A stretch of DNA of 64,000 nt from Styela clava (lineage: Eukaryota): the NCBI RefSeq assembly GCF_964204865.1, contig NC_135250.1:13020001-13084000 (forward strand), written 5' to 3'. Positions 35,677-50,600 of the stretch are shown here, one piece after another. Under the pieces are notes generated by a model. It did not search any database, was not told the origin of the DNA, and saw only the letters and a program-made list of their open reading frames with translations. The first letter of the stretch is position 1; each line of letters begins with the position of its first letter. The position numbers and the translations under genes are program-made.

Positions 35677-38600
35677 TCAAGTCAGTTTCTTTAACACCAC
35701 AACTGCAACTTTTGATGATTCGGATGAATCTTCCAATTTTATCTGCGGTGTCATCATATTGTCTTTGATACTAAAATTACAGGGTATACGCCTAGGGCGC
35801 ATGCTTGGTGGTTTATATACAAAAGATAGTTCCTCATCATCAAAGTAGTTTCTATTACATTCCAACCAATCATCTTCATTACTGTCTTCACTCATTGAAG
35901 ATATCTTCCGTTTCCTGATTACCTTTTTTCTAGGCGTTTCCGTCACGAACTGTTTTCTTGTGTTGTTTGCTTCCTGAAAACATATCATATTTTACAGAGT
36001 GGTTTCCAGCAGAATGATTGATAGTAATGCACGGACAAGTTCTCAAACAGTGGGGTACGCCCCACGATAGGGGCGAAGACAATTTTCTGAGGGGGGGGGG
36101 GTGAGACTATTTAAAAACGTTGCTCTGCTAATTTTATTATCATTTTCATCAACATACTTTTGCGAAATTGGATTTTCCACACTGGTACACGTGCAGACAA
36201 TAACCCGGAACCAGATAACTGTTAAAAACGTTAACCGTCTTGCCAGCTACAAACAACTGCACTAATAAAAATAACAACGCATTTGGCGTGTTGTTGAAAC
36301 TTTTCATTTATTTCATTATTTACGTTCCATCCAAACATATTTTCAACGTGTTTTTGGAATAAAACATAGTTTTGCCTTACTACCTGTTATTTGTAGATTA
36401 TTGCTAGCTAGTCATTTTTGAGGTGGGGTGCGAGACTTGACAAATTCTAAAAAGGGGTCGTGGTTTAAAAACTTTGAGAACCACTGGTTTAGCCATTAGC
36501 GAATACTGGGATACTAAAAAACTTTTCAAGAAACATGTACTTTTATAGTCCTTTACATTCCCGATAATCTCACTACTATGGAAAACAAAAAGAATTTCCT
36601 GGAGCGTAATTTTTGTAGTAATGTTTGATAAACTGACTTTCTATTTTTATCTTATTGAGAATAGAGTTTACATACTTATACCCGGCTGATAATATGGCTC
36701 AATCATAGGACGAACCAACAGCCTCTAGGCCAGTTACCAGTCCATGTTGGGTATGGATTATTTAGCCAGTTATTTATTTATAGATGCATGGACTTGATGG
36801 TGGAGAAAACCCTGACCAACCAGCTGTAACGTTCAGCAATACTCTTGTACATAATCATCCCCCACACAGGGTAATTTGAAGTACGGTGATAAGCGTATAC
36901 CTACTGCTTAGTAAGGTACGCCCGGTATGACATGTTCATAGATGAAGCATGCCCTGATACATGAATAATCAATCGTTGAGAACAACATACCAGCAATAAC
37001 GGATATCTGACCAAAAAAATTCACATACTGTTTCTGGTTGTATATTTGAGATATCACGTAGCTTGACGTAGGAGTCAAAGTAGAAAATTTTCCTGTCACC
37101 GACTCTCATTGTTTTGCTAGTGTGTTTCCTCATGTGAGAACGAAATATAGGGCCAAACCTAAAAAAATTACCTCTCTCTCACTATTTGTGGCTAATTTGA
37201 AAAATAGTTGCTGCTTATTGCGAACATACACTCTGATAACCTCAATAAAGGTTATCCTAGGAGTGTGCAACCTGCGGCCCGCTGGCCAAATACGATCTAC
37301 AAGGAAAAATTGTCCATCCCGCGAAGAAGTGCCAATTTTGAATGGTGTGTGGCCCACAAAATTATTTAATTTTGATTATTCTGGTACGTGGATTATTACA
37401 ATCCATTTGCGTTGCAAACATATACCAGGGCAAATTCATTATCTATGCCTATATCGTTACATTGCCCTAACAGCAAGCTTGTACCAAGCGAACGACGCAT
37501 GTCATTAAATCAATAACCAAAATTTTGTGCCACCTCATTCGTAGATAATGTGAGAGTGAGCATATTTAAAATAAGCAGTACGAGTCAGTAGCATGTAAAC
37601 GACATACATCAAAAGATAAGAGATTATATTTTCCCATGTGTAACTATCACTCCTTTAAAATTATCCAAGTTTTGACTTAATCTTTGCTGAACTTTCTAGC
37701 CTAGCTTCTGTTTTATTGAAATCTCAATTTGATTCAGTAATTAAAATAATATCAAACCTTGAGTCCAGAGTTTGAAATGCAGCACTGCAACCCTCGAATC
37801 TACATTTTTTTACTTTGGAACGCTTAGTACGTATCTGTTGAAAAAGTTAATAACAGTACAATGTTGGGAAAGCCCTTTTAAGGGATATGTATCTGCAATG
37901 AACTATCAGAAGCCTAAACTTAGCAAAATATATAACAATAAAACTATTTCAAGAAATATTGAAACCATCAAAGTGTGTATAATTAGCACTTCAGAGAAGC
38001 AAATAAACTTCTACACAGAGAATTTTTGAAGTTAAATAACAAAAATTGATAAAATACTGACAACATGATAAAACAAGCATCGGTTTAGTGGATAACTGCC
38101 ATATATTGATATATATGATTCTCATAATAAAACAACTTTCACAAAAAAAAGTAATATAAGTACATACATTCTGTTTACTCTTCAATCTGCGATTACGCAG
38201 ATTTCGATATCGTGCTTGTAGGAATGAAACTACCTGTAAGGAAGAGAAATGGGACTATAAACATTGTTAGTGCGAATACTAACAAAGTATCTTCCTCAAA
38301 AAATAATTTTTTATTAAATAAACATTTTTTTTAAATTGGTACAGATTATATTACATCAATAGGTGAGTTTTTATTCATTTTGAATATCATGAATTGGCTC
38401 GACGATGTGGCGTATCGTGCTAAGAATATGCTTGGGTTCGCAGGTTTGAATTTGGATTCCTCGTGGTTTGTGTAGCCGCTGGTCGGTTACGGCTTTCCCC
38501 CACCATCAAGTCCATTGACTGGATAACTAATCCCATACCCCACATAGACTGGTAATTGGACGACAGGTCATGATTTGTGATATAATTAAGTCCCAGTAAG

Positions 38601-41600
38601 CATAAATATGTAAATCCTATCCTACCCTGAGAAGTTCCTAATTCTCTTTGAATTGTTAAGGACTGACAATATTTAATAAAATGTAACTGTTAATTTGATT
38701 ATTCAGTCCTGTTTATATGGTCTACTTTTACATAAAAGGTTCTGAATTGAAATGCAATTTACAGCTTGTGAATTTGTGGAACTGTGAAATAAGGGACTTT
38801 ATTAATTCATAATTGTTAGCTTGCCAAGTTCGCTTGCTTAGTTTAAAGCTAAGCCCTGCTCTCAGTTATCTATAAATTAATGAAAAAAAAACACGGTAAT
38901 ATACCTCTAGCATTGAATGGTTACATAGGTGACAATACAAAGAATATTGTGTATCATGTTGCTTGATCATACACTTCGATATAGGACAGTTATAGTACGG
39001 TTCAATCTCATTTGGTCGAAAACTGAAAGAAAAGGAATGCAGCATGTTTCAATAAAGCACTGAAAAAATTAGGCAGAAATGGGAGAATATAATTATATAG
39101 CATTCTAATAAACAATAATGCAAAATTACTAGAGACAAAGATATCCTGTATAATAATACAAACCACTTATAAAAATATATTGCATGCAAGCAGAGCATGT
39201 GGTTATTATTTCATTTATAGCAGTATGCCAAGAATCAGTTATACAGGGTGGTCACTAGAAAAACAGAAAATTTTACACTCATAGATGCTCAAAATGTCGT
39301 CTATGTACTTCAGAGAAGTTTCTTGACCTAAAAGTCCAAGCTCGTGTAGCGTTTTAAGTGTTAACTTGTAGAATACCATTCCAAGCTCGTTTTCAAATCA
39401 TTATTTGTAAAAATAAATAGCTTTTTGACAAATTTTATGTTTTTCTAGCGATCACCCCGAAGTTACTTTTGAATATTGCTGAGTAAATGAAAAGCTTCAA
39501 ATTAATAGTAATCAGTGTATACATACTGTCGTGAAACTCTTGAACTGTAAGCTTTCAAGTCCTTATAAATTTCACGAATTGATTCTTGTGTTACTTCACA
39601 ATACTCTTTCACATATTTTGGAGATTTTTCGCTGTGAAAAAAATATGATAGAACTTTTTTCCATTGTTTCATTTTAATATGACTAGGTGGTGTGGCGCAT
39701 GGTGCTAAGCTCGCCACCGCAACTCTGATTAGCCTGTATGGTTCGCAAGTTCGAATCCTATGAACTCCTCGTCACCGTAGGGTGGTTCCAGTAACCGCTG
39801 GTCTATTACGGTTTCCTCCACCATCAAGTCCATGCTTCCGAAAAAAATATAAATAACGGGCTAACTACCGTAATCCCATACCCAACATGGACTGGTAACC
39901 GGACAAAAGGCCGTGGTTCACCATATGACTAAGCTGTCTTTTTGCCTCTCCTCTCCCCCAGGATAAATATGTAAATCTTATCCTATCCTAGTAATAGCGT
40001 ATATTAATAAAAAGAAAATATATAGACAGAAGAATAAAAAGGAACTGCTGAACCGAAAATTATCTGAAATTTCTTCTTTAACAGAAATCAAAGAAATATT
40101 TCTTCAGTGCACACTTTGGGAAGAATAACTTACCAGCCATTATGATGTTCTTTTGCATCCCATACAGATCTTGCTAAATTGCTTATGTTTTCCTTTTGAT
40201 TTTCCTCCAGAATAGATAATTGGTTTGACACACTAAGTGGAAATGAAAACTTTTCTTGTTCAGGCAGAGTTTCTTGTTTAATCTGCATAGAACTGTTACA
40301 AAACAAAATACTTTAAATAAATCTTCAAATTATTGTCTGAAGAAGCCCATATTATCATAGTGGAACACACTTGGTAAGTACGTTATGTCGAATTATGCGA
40401 AGAATAAAGAATACATAATATATGCTTTACACCCAATTCAGCGATTGCTGGCATTTGCAAACTTGCCGAACTCTTACGTTCTTCTGAACCCAGCGATTTG
40501 ATATGTTAAAGTTAGTTTTGTGTCTTCATTTGATAGGGTATGAATTCGTTGCGCCAAGGTTGGGTTTTCTATTTTATATGACACATACGTTCTTATAGGG
40601 GTATGAGTACTGAGAATTTACATACACTATAGCAGTCATTGGCAAGTTCAATGAAACTTATATCTGCGAATATCGATACAACACAAGGTTAAGCTACGTT
40701 ATGAGTTATGATTAATTTTACACACCTTGTGTGAGAAGTAATTTGAATATTATTGTTGTGAATATAAGCATCTTCATCCTTGAAAAAGAAAGTATCTCGT
40801 TATAAAGAATCTGGTAATACTTTTTTTTCGACACTAGCGGTAATATCTTTCTTCGACACCAACTTATGTTAAAACAAAATATCGATCAAATTTGAAAGAA
40901 TTGAAACCCGCACCGAGACCCACCATCACCGAAATAGAGTCAAGATTCGATTTTTTGGTCTCATTAAAAATATTGTCACTTCTATTATTTTTTTTCCAAT
41001 ATCTTCGTTATTAGAGTTATTATATTTCACTTTATTTTTATTTTAGTTCTTGAGGGGCGCGTAAGAGTTTGGCTGCGCCAATTGGGTTGTGAGAAAAAAA
41101 GTTTGAAGATTACTGATATGAGTTGATCTTTTAAAACAATATAATCTGTTCAGACCACACTTTATTTCAGTGAACTAAAAATAAAAAAAAGTGATTCAAA
41201 CAAGATATTATACGTATCATCACCTACTGTAAAGACACATTTATGATTTACTTTGAAACTTCCTATGTAAATGTGATTCAAAAATGAGAATTGAAAGTTT
41301 TTTTTGAAATTCCTTGAACAAATCACAGAACACTTACATCTTCATATTCAATATCACAATTATCTTTTAATTCTGTCATGTCACGATCACTAGCAGGTGA
41401 GTTGTCCATTTCAGAATTTAAATCAGAATAAGGCATGCATGATTGCTGTTGCTGAACTTCTCCCTCGATAAAAAGATTCCTTGTACAGTCAACAGCATCA
41501 AAATTTTGATTCCCTGTTGCGAAAAAAAACTAAAGTAGCTGGAACAAATTGATTAAAAACTTGAATGACAATCGAGCGTATATAAGGAAGTATGAGAGAT

Positions 41601-44600
41601 TAATATTTGGTAAATATTTTTTGGGTATATGTATCTACAGCAGTGGTTCTCAAACAGTCGGACGTGCCCGACAAGGGAACGTATACAATTTTAAGGGGGG
41701 GGGGGGGCGTAAAGCTAATTGCAAATAAAAATATTTGTTAGATTTGATCTTGCCCAATGCCCATCTTATTTTGGATATTCCCCTTTCTTTATTTGGATAT
41801 TTATGTGTTTTTAGAATAAAACATACTTTCGCTAGATAGCTAGTTATTTTTTAGGTGGGGCTTGACAAATTCTAAAAAGATGCCGCGACTTAAAAAGTTT
41901 GAGAACCCCAATCTAAAAAATTCGTAAAATCTACAATTTAGAAGTCACTCACCTTCAGGTATTTCTATAATTTGTGCTCCAACTGTATCAGGAACGTGGG
42001 TTGCTGAATCTGTTACTGTAATCACAGAAACATGGGATGCTGAATCTGTCACCACACTAGGCATAGAATGTTGTTCTACCTCAGTGTTGTGTCCTGGGTT
42101 GTACAATGTGGAAGACACAGGACAAGCAAAATGATTTTGTGGTTGCACAACCCTTTGACGAACAGTAGATGATGGAATCTGATAAAATCTTCTTCCTAAC
42201 GATTGTCCCAGACTTGGTATAGTAAACAATGACGTAGTTTGTTCTCTGGTTGAAGTTGGTTGTGACAATTCTGAAGTGACAGTCAGTGTGGCAATACTAG
42301 ACACAGATGATTCAATTGAATTTTGAGGCATTGATTTTCCTACAGGTCTCGATCGCACAAGTGGTTTTACAACTTGTACCTTTCTTGCAATGGAGGATGG
42401 TTTACTAGGAAATTGAAATTGAAAAGCACCAACTTGAGATGTAATTTTTATTGGCAACCGATTCTGCGGCATATCTGAAATGACATGACGTCTGCTGAAT
42501 AATTTATCAGCTTCTTTTGTAGAAGTAACTGAAATCAGACTAGAATTACTAGATGAAGCAGTACTTTGATCTATTTCTGAGTTTACATCTGACAAAGAAG
42601 AGCGAATATTATTGACATTCAACTGTAAACTGCTAGGCTTGCGTTCAGTAGAATTGGAGCTGGATAAGTTAATTAAATTCGAAAACTGACATATTGAAGC
42701 TACTGGAAGTCTCAGTTTTGTTGATGTTATGTTTGAAGATCCCCGTGGGATTTCACTTTTTTGAAATGACATTATGGTTCCACTTGATCTATATTCTTTT
42801 ATTTTTTTCATATCTTCAGTTGATTTATTTCTGACAGTGGACGAAGTGATCACTACCTTGTTCGGGTATGGAAGTACAGGTTTACGATTTGGAGTATAAA
42901 ATGATGTTCGCGCCGACGATTGCTCAACGTGACCCGAACAAACATCATTACTCTGAACTTGACTTTTACTCGTATTATCAGTGACCTGCTTGATATCAAA
43001 TACAGAGGTATTTACGTCACCAACAATTCCAGGCAGCTTGTGCATACCTTGATATGTCATGGAGGTAGGCTCAATAAACGAATCTTTTTTATTTATTTCT
43101 GTAGTACTTTGAGCCGAGGAAAAAGTACTTGGCGTTCCATAAAATATATGGCTTGAAGATGCAATTGCACAATGCGATTGCGACGGACGATACGCACTCT
43201 GCACCAGACGAACTTTTGCACCCTTGCCTGCTGATGCATATAATAAAGATGAGCTTTTGAAATAATCTCTAAACCTGGAGACTGAAATGGTATGTGTTTC
43301 AGATTTGATGATTTTACTTGCAATCCTATGCTCAGCCAGCAAAGATGAAAGCTCCACAGTGCTGTTCAGTGTAGTTGGTTCAGTACAGATTTGCTTCAGA
43401 CTATCAGCAAAGTTTGAAAGTTGTGATGTCATTGTTCGTGATGTAATATTAGAAGAAGATGTACGTTCGGAGTTGAAAATATGACCACTTTCAATACCTT
43501 GCACACCAATGTCGTCAGTATCAAGTTTTAAGATACTGCTGGCTTCTGAAACATTATCAGTATTGTGTTGATTTGCAGAATCAAATTTCACAACACCAGT
43601 ATGGAGTTGTTTGACTTTTTGTGTATCTTTTTCATTAATTGATGTAGAAGGAATAGTTTCAGAGTCCATTTTTCCAGTATTGCCTATCAACAATGGTGGA
43701 CTATTTGTTACGACAGTGTGGATTGTCAAATCATTACTTCCGGTCTGTGATATTTTCCGAGGACTCAAAATGATTGGTCGTTTTCTATTAACTACTTTCT
43801 CTACTAATGAACATTTCGGCATGCCAGATGTGCTTTTTATTCGGGCATCTAGTGTTTGTCTGATTGTAGTATACTCGGGTACAGTTTTTGTATTACTTGT
43901 ACTTAGAGTCGACATAGAAGCATAATAATGTGCAGAATCTGTTTTCGTGTATTCATCATCATCATTCCCGTCTTCATCCACGGACAAATCAATAGTTACG
44001 ACTGATCCGTTCCTTGTTGTCATTTGTTTTTTAGTTGTCTTCTGTGGCGACTTAATTGATGGTCGAGACATTCCCGAAGTATTATTTTCAATTGTGCTAG
44101 GACTTGTTACATTTTGTGATTGTTGTGCAATCGGCTCCGAAACCACACTATTGTTTGACACAGTGCTGTGATGTATGGCCAATGGTGACACAGTGCTGTG
44201 ATGTATGGCCAATGGTTTAACTGAAATAGAAATATTTTGAAGCGCTGGCATTTCTTTCGTTTCATTTTTCAAAGTGAAGTCTTTCACAATTGTCTGATTT
44301 TGGTTAGAATTCTGAAAAATGAATAAATGATTGATAGTTAATACCAAGATTTCCGCACGTCTGAATGCTGGAGCATTGCTTGTAAGTGATTATAAAAGAC
44401 CAAGATCTTCATATATAAATAGCTTCTCATCTGGATTTCTAGAAGCACATTCAGATATTTTCAAGATTTGACGTAAAAAGATTTTTTGTGTTAAAGTTCC
44501 AACTAGAGCTGAGATAAAAATTTCAAAATATTGTCTGATGTATCACACTTCTAAATTTTTTTAAACAATATAATCACAGCAAATCTCATACGCGATGATA

Positions 44601-47600
44601 CTATATGTCATATTCAAAAACGACACCCAGTGGTTCAAGTATACACAAGAAATTAATCTGGCATCCATTTGCTTATTTGAAAACATAATCACATACTACA
44701 CGAATATCAAAATGCAAACGCTATTACTCTTACCTCTTCTAATTCTGTTGTGTTTGGAACATCATTCAGTAGTTGTAGACTTCTGTCTTGCGATGGAACA
44801 TCAGCCGTATTAGTTCTGATAAATAAAAGAAATTCATCCTATTATCAGTATATTTGCTCCTGCATATTTCATTATGGGGATATAGTTTGGCGTACTCCGC
44901 TAAGCAATAAGTATACGCCTGCTATCGCCCCTCTGATTAGACTGTGTTGGTTTGCAGTTTCGAATTCAGTGGTGGATAATTAGGTGCGTTTGCTGGAACC
45001 TTCACCTTGTTGTGGACACATAACTGCTATTATGATCGGATACAGCATCTTCCACCATCAAGTCTATGTATCTGAAACTAATACCTTGATAACTAATCCC
45101 ATACCAGACATGGACAATTGTAACTAGTCAAGAGACCATGGTATGCCGTATGATATGAGTAGTGAGTACGTCGTGTTATCGGCTTTCTTCTCCCCCGGGA
45201 TAAATATGAAAATCCCATGCCAATATTAATATTTGTAAAAAATAAATTTATCTATGAAATTTACCAATTCTCACACTGACAATGTTTTATAAGTTTTATA
45301 TTTACCAACAAACAGTTGAATAACATTATCTTTTCAAAAAATATTACCTGTCATTAGTTTTTAATCGAGCTACCAATTCTTTGCGAAACCTTTCTTGAAA
45401 TTTGACGTGAAATTTATTTTCATGAAGATCGAGGTCATGTTGCGATTCCATTAACAAGCAACAATATAAACAGAAAAGCGGAAAGGAACCGGTGTGATGA
45501 TGATTAGACAATTCGGAATGATTGCTGAAAATAAAATAAAATGATACATTTGAAGTATGTACTGACCTGACCGTTATAAACTCTTCAATAACAAAAAATT
45601 CCGACACAAGTACTAATACATCCAAAAGCCTTGGAATCAAAATAAAATGTTTTGACAGATTCTCATTAAGTTGCCGGCCGATTACGTTTCTAACTGTATA
45701 ACCGGGATTTAGACTACTCGTATGAAAGAAAATGAATGAAGATAAAAAATATCATATGAAAAATCTGCTATATCTACTGAAAGTAAAAGAGTCCAGCTGA
45801 CCACCAAAGCCAGACGCAATATTACAGATATATTTTTGTGTTAGTGATTAGTAGGACTCTTGAATTGTTTATTCCTGCTAACGGATCCACTAACGCAAAG
45901 GCATAGAGGTGGAATATGGAGTTAGTCTCGCGTAACCCAACTGATAGTTACGCTTATTAAAAATATTCGACTTATCATGAGTCGAGGCCATTCATGTTTA
46001 TACATTTAATAACCATGTTTTAACCTTGCACTATATGAAAAACTTACCTATATTTGAAGAGGCAAGCTTGAGGGTGAACACAAGATTTATTATGATTTAT
46101 CGACTGAAGTGCATGCTGAAGAACATGCTCTAACATATCCTTGATTTGAACAGCCTGCTGGCATATTCCACATATAGCTGGAATAAAAAATTTATATTCG
46201 CATCCTTCACCTTGTGGAATGGAAATAAACTCCTCCAAGAGCCAAGAACATCTTTGATAATAAAGATTTTGGGTAAAAGGCATTTTTGATAATATAGGTC
46301 TAGATGGTTGAGAGCTCAGGGCAAGCGTAGGCAATGGCATCCTCTCTGATTTCGTACTAGTCTTAGTCTTTACCACTTGGATTGCACTCAATACAGAATG
46401 TAATCGTCTCCGTTTTTGCTTACATGATTCTGTTTGACTAAGTTTTTTCAATCTAGGAAGCGTAGAACCATTATCACATTTTGATGAAGAGGATAAAAGT
46501 GTTTCAGAGTTAGTTCGAGATGCCAACTCACAAGAATGCGACCGTTTGACCCTTTTCTTTGGAGGTATTGTCCTCGGTTCTGCGGCATCTGATAATAATT
46601 GTAGTGATGACAATTTTTTCTTTTTACTTTTTTCTTGTTGAACTGACTCAGACAGCGATGGAAACATCTTCAAAAAGATCTCGTCATCTGCTTGCCATAC
46701 ATCTGGTATTGCTACTGGTTCAAGATGTTTGACATGGTTAGTATATCGACCACGAAATTTTCTGAACGAGTCTTTCAATATTGATATTTTTTTATGTTTT
46801 TTATTTTTTTCTTGTTTTGTTGACTTTATTTGATGCTTTGTGTTCCTACTTTTAGAAATCGAACAACTTTTCTTGACAAAAACTTTTTCAGATGATTTTA
46901 AGTCTTTTCCAGACTTGGGGATCTGGCTGTTCTCCATCATCCTCAAATTATCAATTGATGCCTAAAATTTGAATAAATGTTTTGAATATTTGAATTTGTG
47001 GCGAATTATGAGCAAATAGTCTTGCTGCCTAAGGTATTAATTGGTCTTTGTCTACAGGGAATTAAGAAATTGAGTGTGAAACAAAAACAAATGATACAAA
47101 ATTTACAATAAAAAGAGAAGCCTGAAGAAATTCAAAAATCTTTTTAAAATAATATAGAATAAAATCAAATAGGAAATCTGTAACAGAGTTGAAATTATCA
47201 TAGCATTCAACTCACAGGATACAGACCAAGAAAGTATTTGTCAAATCGTATTTTCTTGGAAAAATAAAATTTCCCAACTGAGACTAAACATTTAATTCAA
47301 CAACAGTACAGAATAGAAATAAAAATGAAATCAAATATTTCTTCATTTTTAGTACTGTTAAATTTTATGTCTAAATATTTGCAATAACTAGTTTTGTATT
47401 GAGCATGAATCATAGAATATATTCCAAAAAATGAATTCAGAAAGTATTAAAAATATCTGTATATTAAAATCTGCCTGACCTGTTTAATCCTAATTACAGG
47501 ATTCAAATGATCTGGTATTCTGTTTACAGTAGTTGACATTGTTGTATTCTCAGGATATACTTTTTCAATGATATTGCCTGTCACACTATCAGAATCTAAT

Positions 47601-50600
47601 GTACTGGTTTCAGCAGATGTGGTTGAAATTTCCATTGCTGGTGTCGAGGTAACAGCAGATAGAACCGTATCATTATTCCAACCTAAAGCAGGTTTGTCAG
47701 CTGATAAAATTGCTTCCTTTTTTGCAAATCCTGACATCATTCGTTCCAGCATATTAGAATACTGAATGTTTGAGACCGGCATACAATTCGTATCTCCGAA
47801 AGGCGATAACATTACAGTATTTGTATTTGAAGAAAACGCATGATTACTTGTTGTATCAAGAGAGCTTGCTTTATTTAAAATCATATCCCGATTTGGTTTC
47901 TCGTCATCATTCACACACAATATGCTGTTTTTGATAGGACTTTTTGCTAGTTGGATCTCTTGTGAATCGGCACCTTCATCTGGTAGTATGGTAATTGTGG
48001 TTTCAGTTTGCATTCGATTTGACTCACCTACATCAAAAAGTAAGTTTTCAGAATGCATGATATCTGTGGTTGACTCATCCGGCAAGGAAGCAATGACAGC
48101 ATTCTCAACACCATCGACAGTTATGGGAAGCAATCCTAAAAAACAATCAACACCCAATAGTTCTAATGCATCACACTGTTCGGAGGATTCAACATGAGTC
48201 AACACTCTCTCTAATGTACTTGCAACTTCCATAAGTATTATGTCATGTTCGATTATTCGGTGAGAATTTTTTGAAATGAGAGCCCCAATTCCTCCAATAT
48301 GCGGATCTAGAAATGATGAAATCATTCCAATCGGTACAATCTGCATTGTTGATTCAACATGATCTGCGTCATTATCAGTATCAAATGAAAGTTCTTTCAT
48401 TTCAAATTCGGACTTCGACAAAGGAAGAACACAAACATCTTTATTACAATCAACCATATCTTGTTGAACTTCACTATCAGAAATTCCATGTCGCTCCACA
48501 ATGGCGATCGTTGAGTAACTCTCCCGTTGAACGTCGTCACATTTGGCGTTCAAACACTCATTTTGTTTGTCCCTTCGCATAGCAAGGTCAATAATTTTTT
48601 GACAAGCATACATGAGTGAATCGGGCTCCTGGTTTATCTTTGCAACAGATTCAAAATTATTTGAGATTTTGTCACTTTCTGGTAAGTTTGAGGATTCAAC
48701 AACCTCGTCATTTGAACTGCTAACTTTTAAACAATCATCCACTTTGTCAGCAACTTCAATTTGCAAACTCAAAGCAATAGAATCCGTAAGGCTACTTGCA
48801 CTTGACTCAGGAATACTGTTGCCGTTGGTGTTGCCATCCACCCCATTTTGAGGGAAAGTAATATCTCTTGTCTCCGTTATATTTACATCTTTTAATACTG
48901 CAACTTGATTATCATCATTCAAAATCGAATAAGTTGGCCTATTGTCATCCACCATCGCTATTTTCACATTTATGTCATTTTCAGAAGGATCATATTCACA
49001 GCCGACTTCCTCAAGTGTATCCAAAACATCAGTTATGATGTCACATACATAGGATTGTAGAAAATATTCATGGCCTTGTAAGGCAATAGAATCGCAATAC
49101 TTTATATCATGGCCACTTTCCTTTATCATTTTATCGTTATTTTCATTTTCTGTCCCTCTGTGAGATCTTTTGCGATGGCTACAGCATAAAAAATGTTCGT
49201 TGTCATCGCTGCGATGTTTTGGGGATATTGATGATTTTTCGCCTTTGCCTTTTTTCCGATATATTTTTGGTTTGCGAAATTTGTTGATGCAGAATTTTTC
49301 ACGTAATATCGATAGAATATTCTGTTTAAAAAACAACAATTAGTTTAATCAGCAACCTCACATTAAATATTATTAAGGAAAGGAATCATCACAAGCAAAA
49401 TCTGAACATGTTCTTCAAGTGAAAAACCCAGTCGTATAATGGTTAAATCACCAATGGTAATAATACTAGCATTGTGGCGCATCGTGCCAAGCGTTAGGAA
49501 TATGATGCCACCGCACGTCTGTTGCCCTTTGTAGGTTCGAATCTTGTTCGAGAATAGTTATGTGCGAAAAGATTGTTGGACTCCTCCTTGGTTAACATAA
49601 CCGCTGGTCAGTTACGGCTTCCTCCGCCATCAAGTCCGCGTATCTGAAAACAAATAACTAACTAATCCCATACCCGACATGAACTGGTAACCGGACGGTA
49701 AGCCATGGTTCGCCATGTGATTAGGTCCTCTTATCGTCTTTTTTCCCCCCTGGGATGAATATGTAAACCCTTATCCCATATGCAGAAATCGTATATTTTC
49801 AATAGGCCTATAATAAATGATATGAAGATAGTGATTACTGGATGGCGATTTGGACATTTTTTTCTATAAAACAAGAGACTCACTACAACATCAGTATGAT
49901 GTTTTTTCTCATGCTCCAATAAATCATCAGCAGATGAAAAGCATGAATCCGATGCACAGAATAAACATATGTTCACTGCTCCTTCGTGAAGTAATTGGTG
50001 TGTGTCTAATTCTTCTTCAGTTCTATAAAACATCCATCATATTATAAAAAATATTGATATAATGTATTCAAATATTATTTATTCCCGAAGCAATGTGGAA
50101 AAACATTCTGAATATTTTGCACCATACTGAGATGACTAAGTGGAGATATTCAATAACACAGAACTTGCACTATAGTATTGGATAAAAGTCCTGAACGCCG
50201 ATTTATCTAGTAAGGTAATGAACTGATCATAAGAAATGCAGCAAGGACAAGTTGCATTCAGAGCCATAACAGTTTCTATAAACAACAGTGGCATGAACAA
50301 ACTTGAGTCACATTGATACTATGACATGAATCTGACTTTATGTCAATGTTAATTCGAAAATCGAACTATGATTTAATCAGTATCATCCCAGCCTATTACA
50401 AGTTATTGCTGCAAAAAGCTAGTGAATTTTACATTTTTTAATATACCATTTCAATCAGGTGTAACAAATCATACAGAAATTTTTTTCTTTTCAAAGGCCT
50501 CACAAAAATTTTCTCAAAAACCAAATCTTTCAGATTAAACGAGTCCCAGTTTGAATTGAGTTATATGGCTCAGATTTGATGTTTCATATAGCAAAGAAAT

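Noticed and set aside
39690-39770. tRNA gene
   Set aside because: A/B boxes are present but there is no cloverleaf. It is the head of a multi-copy SINE.
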